A stretch of DNA of 64,000 bases from Reclinomonas americana ATCC 50394 (taxonomy: Eukaryota): contig PS015010.1 in assembly GCA_048213135.1 (NCBI GenBank), positions 1,426,001-1,490,000 on the forward strand. The letters run 5' to 3'. The notes beneath the pieces were generated by a model. The model was given only the letters and a program-made list of their open reading frames with translations, was not told where the DNA came from and made no database searches. Made by a program: the position numbers and the translations under genes. Below are positions 59,374-64,000 of the stretch, one piece after another. Each line of letters opens with the position of its first letter. Position 1 is the first letter of the stretch.

Positions 59374-60146
59374 GTTTTCTGACGATACTGGTATCCACAT
59401 TACTGATCTTGTTATTCAGCGGTGTGATCATCTATTTTCTTTTTCTTTACCAGAAGAAAAGGTATCACCATGAAAGGGAAGTGATTGAACTGCGGGAGTC
59501 ATTCAGTCAGACGCTGCTGCAATCGAAACTGGAGATACAGGAACAAACCCTCGATCATATTGCCAAAGAGCTGCATGCCAACTTCAGCCACCTGGTATCA
59601 CTCATCAATATCAACCTTTCGGAAATACTGCCACAGGGCACCAGCCCCATGAAAGAGAGCATAATTGAAACAAAGTCACTGGCCAAGCAGCTCCTGTCGG
59701 AATTAAAAGCATTGAGTGCCAGCCTCAATACGGATCACATCATGCACATAGGTTTTGTGAGTGCCGTGGATAATGAACTGGCACGGCTGACCAAAGCGAA
59801 AAAATACAAGGTGAGCTTTACTAAAACCGGGGAAGAATACCGGCTGTCTCCCGAACATGAGATCATCCTTTTCAGGCTGTGCCAGGAGGTATTCAATAAC
59901 ATTATGAAATACGCAAAGGCTACTTCCGTTTTCGTATTGATCAGTTACCAGCCTGATCATATGACTATGGAGATCACCGATGACGGCATAGGATTCGATG
60001 TAGGAAAGGCGATGAATACCAGCGCGGAAAAACAAAGTACCGGCCTGGTCAACATGAAAAAAAGAGCGAAACTGATCAATGCTGAAATATTTATTGAAAG
60101 CCGTGAAAATGCCGGCACCACTATAAAGATCATTATCCCACACTAA
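59349..60146 (+). CDS. Sensor histidine kinase (HisKA_3/NarX-type, single TM)
   Basis: IQEQTLDHIAKELHAN H-box, LFRLCQEVFNNIMKYA N-box, ITDDGIGF, STGLVNMKKRA; start MQSSLS. Confidence 0.92.
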   Translation: MQSSLSEVSFLTILVSTLLILLFSGVIIYFLFLYQKKRYHHEREVIELRESFSQTLLQSKLEIQEQTLDHIAKELHANFSHLVSLININLSEILPQGTSPMKESIIETKSLAKQLLSELKALSASLNTDHIMHIGFVSAVDNELARLTKAKKYKVSFTKTGEEYRLSPEHEIILFRLCQEVFNNIMKYAKATSVFVLISYQPDHMTMEITDDGIGFDVGKAMNTSAEKQSTGLVNMKKRAKLINAEIFIESRENAGTTIKIIIPH

Positions 60147-60155
60147 ACCCGACCC

Positions 60156-60849
60156 ATGCAAACAGAAAAAAAGAAATATAACATTGCTATTGTCGATGAT
60201 CATAACCTGTTCAGGAAAGGCCTCATTAAACTGATCAGCATCGGCGACAAAAACAACATTTACAATATTGTACTGGAAGCGGAGAACGGCAACGATCTGA
60301 AAAAAAAAGCTGAACATAAAAAACCTGCCGGACATTATCCTTATGGACATAGATATGCCGGATATGGATGGGTATGAAACCGTAGACTGGCTCCGGAAAT
60401 TCTATCCCGACATCAACATCCTTGTTGTGTCCATGTTCGAATCCCGCGAAGCGATCGTACGTATGATCAGGCTGGGGGTAAAAGGCTACCTGTCCAAGGA
60501 TATTGAAGTGGAAGACATGCACATGGCATTGGAAGCCATTGCCAGTAAAGGATTCTACTACTCCGACCTGGTTTCCGAAGTCATGGTAGAGGCCATCCGG
60601 CTGGGAGAAACTTCTTACGATGAATCCGTTTCCAGTAACCCGGATGCCTGGAAAAATCTGTCCGAAAATGAAAGAGAATTTATCAAACTCGCCTGCACGG
60701 ATATGACCTACCAGCAGATCGCGGATAAAATGAACCTGAGCCCCAAAACCATTGATGGTTACAGGGAAAGCCTTTTTCTTAAGTTCAGCACCAAGAACAG
60801 GGTGAGCCTGGCCATGTATGCGGTAAAGAATGGTCTTGTTAAACTATAG
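60156..60849 (+). pseudogene. NarL/LuxR-family response regulator interrupted by a +1 frameshift in an A9 run
   Basis: ORF 60156-60377 (IAIVDDHNLFRKG) and ORF 60343-60849 (MDIDMP...LSPKTIDGYRE HTH) join as ...LKKKLNIKNLPDIILMDIDMP if A9 at 60300-60308 is A8, giving 230 aa. Confidence 0.9.
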
Positions 60850-61130
60850 CCCCTTTCTCTTTCCTCTGCAGAAACGGTAATTGATCAAGCACAGAACTTT
60901 TGCCAAACCCTCTGCTTTCCGAACGATGGTCATTTGTTCAACTATGTGTTAACAGTATCCGGCATACTGCCAGCTGGCAATGTTTTTGCGGTGGTAAAAC
61001 AAGAAAAATCAGGCCGATATTGAAAAGGACTGAGTGTAGCTTTATGCAAACGGATTCAGCCCCGGATTTTGTGAGGGAGAAATTGTATTTTACCGGCAAA
61101 ATATTTCTTATTTAACCGTACCTGTCCATT

Positions 61131-61625
61131 ATGTATTACCAGGCATTCCCCCAAAAAAACAATAAGCGCAATTACACGTTGTTATATAAACGCTTACCGG
61201 TATCTGCTGCCGCCCTGCTGCTTTTTTACATCATCATCTGCGGCTATGCCTGTCAATACAAGAAAACCAATACTTCAATGAAAGAAAAGGAACCGAACAC
61301 ACAGCCTGCCGATTCAGCCAGACTGCTTACTGTTGCCAATGCGGAAGCAACCGCCAACGGGACTATGATAACCGCCTGGTTTTTTGAAACACCCCAAATA
61401 TTCGAATTCAATCTTGTCAATAATGAACAGGCGCAGCAAATATTCAGCCTGTTAAAAGCCGCTAAAGAAAAAGGAGTTCCCGTTAATGTTTACAGTACAA
61501 CAGCCGGGGGTAAAAATATCATAACCCGTATTGCCGCGGCCACGGAAGCACAGCTCATACAGTACAAAAAAGATAAAGCGATGCGGGAACAACCGGCACC
61601 GGTACCTCCGCCCGGAAATAAGTGA
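61131..61625 (+). CDS. Stand-alone homolog of the protein-glutaminase pro-domain (probable lipoprotein)
   Basis: AWFFETPQIFEF..LKAAKEKGVPVNV..MREQPAPVP aligns with AWFYESPQIFSF..LKYAKENNVPVNV..KREMATPVP of the next gene; GYAC lipobox-like; start uncertain. Confidence 0.78.
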   Translation: MYYQAFPQKNNKRNYTLLYKRLPVSAAALLLFYIIICGYACQYKKTNTSMKEKEPNTQPADSARLLTVANAEATANGTMITAWFFETPQIFEFNLVNNEQAQQIFSLLKAAKEKGVPVNVYSTTAGGKNIITRIAAATEAQLIQYKKDKAMREQPAPVPPPGNK

Positions 61626-61761
61626 TGCGATATGTAATAATACTAAGTATACACTTGTGAATAAAATTCTGCCTGGTCTGCAGCCGGAATACAGAAATTT
61701 TTGTAAGTTTAAAGTGCAGTAATTAGGAATAGTATTCTTAACCAACTAAACCCCCGTACTC

Positions 61762-62805
61762 ATGATTACCAAGTATCCCAAAAAGATACGGTCAGTATTT
61801 GTTATTGCCGTATTACTCCTCACCTGCTTTGCAGGTTTCTATTCCTGCCAGAAAAATAAAGCTCCGGCAGATGATCCACAATCAGAACTGTTACAACCCG
61901 GCGCTCATGACCGCTTCTACTCTGTTGCCAATGTATTTTATACAGCAGATGGCAAATCGGTTCAGGCCTGGTTCTACGAATCGCCGCAGATCTTTTCATT
62001 CAGTGTTACCAACCCGCACGCCAAGGCCAATTTCGACGCGTTGAAATATGCCAAAGAAAATAATGTACCGGTAAATGTACGCCTGTCTGAAAGTGCCAGC
62101 GACCGTATTGATGTCATTATTCCTTCCACCACTGAACAAAGAGCCGGTTTTAAAGCGGATATGGCAAAAAGAGAAATGGCCACCCCGGTACCGTCTCCCG
62201 AAGAAGTGGCCGCCCAGGGAACCAATAACCTGGTAGGCGTAATCCCCAATGTGGCCACACTCAATACCATTTTTAATAAGATAAAAGACCAATGCTGCAA
62301 ATCGCCTGGCCCGTATACCTACGGACAATGTGTTCCCTTCCAGTTTGTAGCCGATGGCTGCTATGCACGGGCGCATAAAATGCGGCAAATCATTGAAAAT
62401 TTTTACGGCTACACTTCGTACAAAGTATTTAACTACGCCTGCAATGGCAGCGGCACACTTTCCGTAAGCGCTACACTGTGGAACAACAACTGTTGTGTAA
62501 ACTGGTGGTACCATGTGGCCTCCTATGTTTATGTACAGGTGGGCAGTTCACAAGTGGCTTACCTGATCGACCCTGCCATGTTCACCGGGCCGGTGAGCAT
62601 CAGCTCATGGGTATCGGCACAAAAAAATGCAGGCTGTGGTTATAACGGCTCGGCACAGGGACAGGTATACTATACCAGTAATGCTTACGCCCCGTCCAGC
62701 CTGAACACAGGTACCTGCACCCTGGTTCCGTTTGCCGACAATACCTATACAGCGGCCGATGCTACCTGCGCAAGTTATGCACCCAAACAAGGTTGCTTCT
62801 TTTAA
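61762..62805 (+). CDS. Protein-glutamine glutaminase (protein glutaminase) pre-pro-enzyme
   Basis: DGCYARAHKMRQ (Cys), CCVNWWYHVA (His), LIDPAMF (Asp), as in Chryseobacterium protein glutaminase; lipobox FYSC. Confidence 0.9.
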   Translation: MITKYPKKIRSVFVIAVLLLTCFAGFYSCQKNKAPADDPQSELLQPGAHDRFYSVANVFYTADGKSVQAWFYESPQIFSFSVTNPHAKANFDALKYAKENNVPVNVRLSESASDRIDVIIPSTTEQRAGFKADMAKREMATPVPSPEEVAAQGTNNLVGVIPNVATLNTIFNKIKDQCCKSPGPYTYGQCVPFQFVADGCYARAHKMRQIIENFYGYTSYKVFNYACNGSGTLSVSATLWNNNCCVNWWYHVASYVYVQVGSSQVAYLIDPAMFTGPVSISSWVSAQKNAGCGYNGSAQGQVYYTSNAYAPSSLNTGTCTLVPFADNTYTAADATCASYAPKQGCFF

Positions 62806-62860
62806 TTGATTATCTCTGATTGTTCCGGTTACTGCAAAAATCAAACAAGAAATATGGTTG

Positions 62861-62891
62861 AAAGGATGGCTGGAAACAGTCGTCCTTTTTT
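62861..62891 (+). terminator. Intrinsic terminator
   Basis: AAAGGATGGCTG-GAAA-CAGTCGTCCTTTTTT. Confidence 0.85.
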
Positions 62892-62928
62892 AATGACATC
62901 CCCTCCGGTAAGGGTAACGCTATTATTA

Positions 62929-62964
62929 ATAGATTTTAGCTATTGAAATATAGAATTAATCGAT
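62929..62964 (+). promoter_or_regulatory. OxyR-type binding site upstream of katG
   Basis: ATAG-N7-CTAT-N6-ATAG-N7-CGAT versus the OxyR consensus ATAG-N7-CTAT-N7-ATAG-N7-CTAT; TAATTTCG -7-like box at 62988-62995. Confidence 0.75.
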
Positions 62965-62990
62965 TGTGATTATTATCAGCAATGTCATAA

Positions 62991-64000
<1,010 letters not shown>

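Overview
This is a 64-kb window from a Bacteroidota chromosome, most likely Chitinophagaceae. That assignment is inferred from gene content, TAnnTTTG -7 promoters and T9SS/TamL genes. Bases 1-42.1 kb are mostly core genome. They carry a trp operon (trpL attenuator with a WWW leader, trpE-G-D-C-F-F-GNAT-B-lipoprotein-A), an S9 peptidase, fsa/tal, SRP RNA, a T9SS plug-like protein, LolC/E, TrmH, TamL, truB, a MoxR/DUF58 cluster, proS, a FadL-like OMP, miaA, a CCA-adding enzyme, lon and an M42 peptidase. Several families of small repeats sit in the intergenic spaces. Bases ~42.3-62.8 kb form an accessory block ending at katG. The block holds an ECF sigma/anti-sigma pair converging on a CHAT protease, a protein with an internally duplicated domain and two flavin oxidases. 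It also holds a tight operon of caspase, membrane-anchored TIR, LecA-like lectin and GDPD, which is the most striking item and looks like a receptor-type TIR/caspase system. Divergent from that operon is a putative peptide-precursor/membrane-receptor/histidine kinase/response regulator cassette, whose regulator is frameshifted in an A9 tract. The block ends with a protein-glutaminase preceded by a stand-alone copy of its own pro-domain. All calls come from motif recognition by eye; no searches were run.
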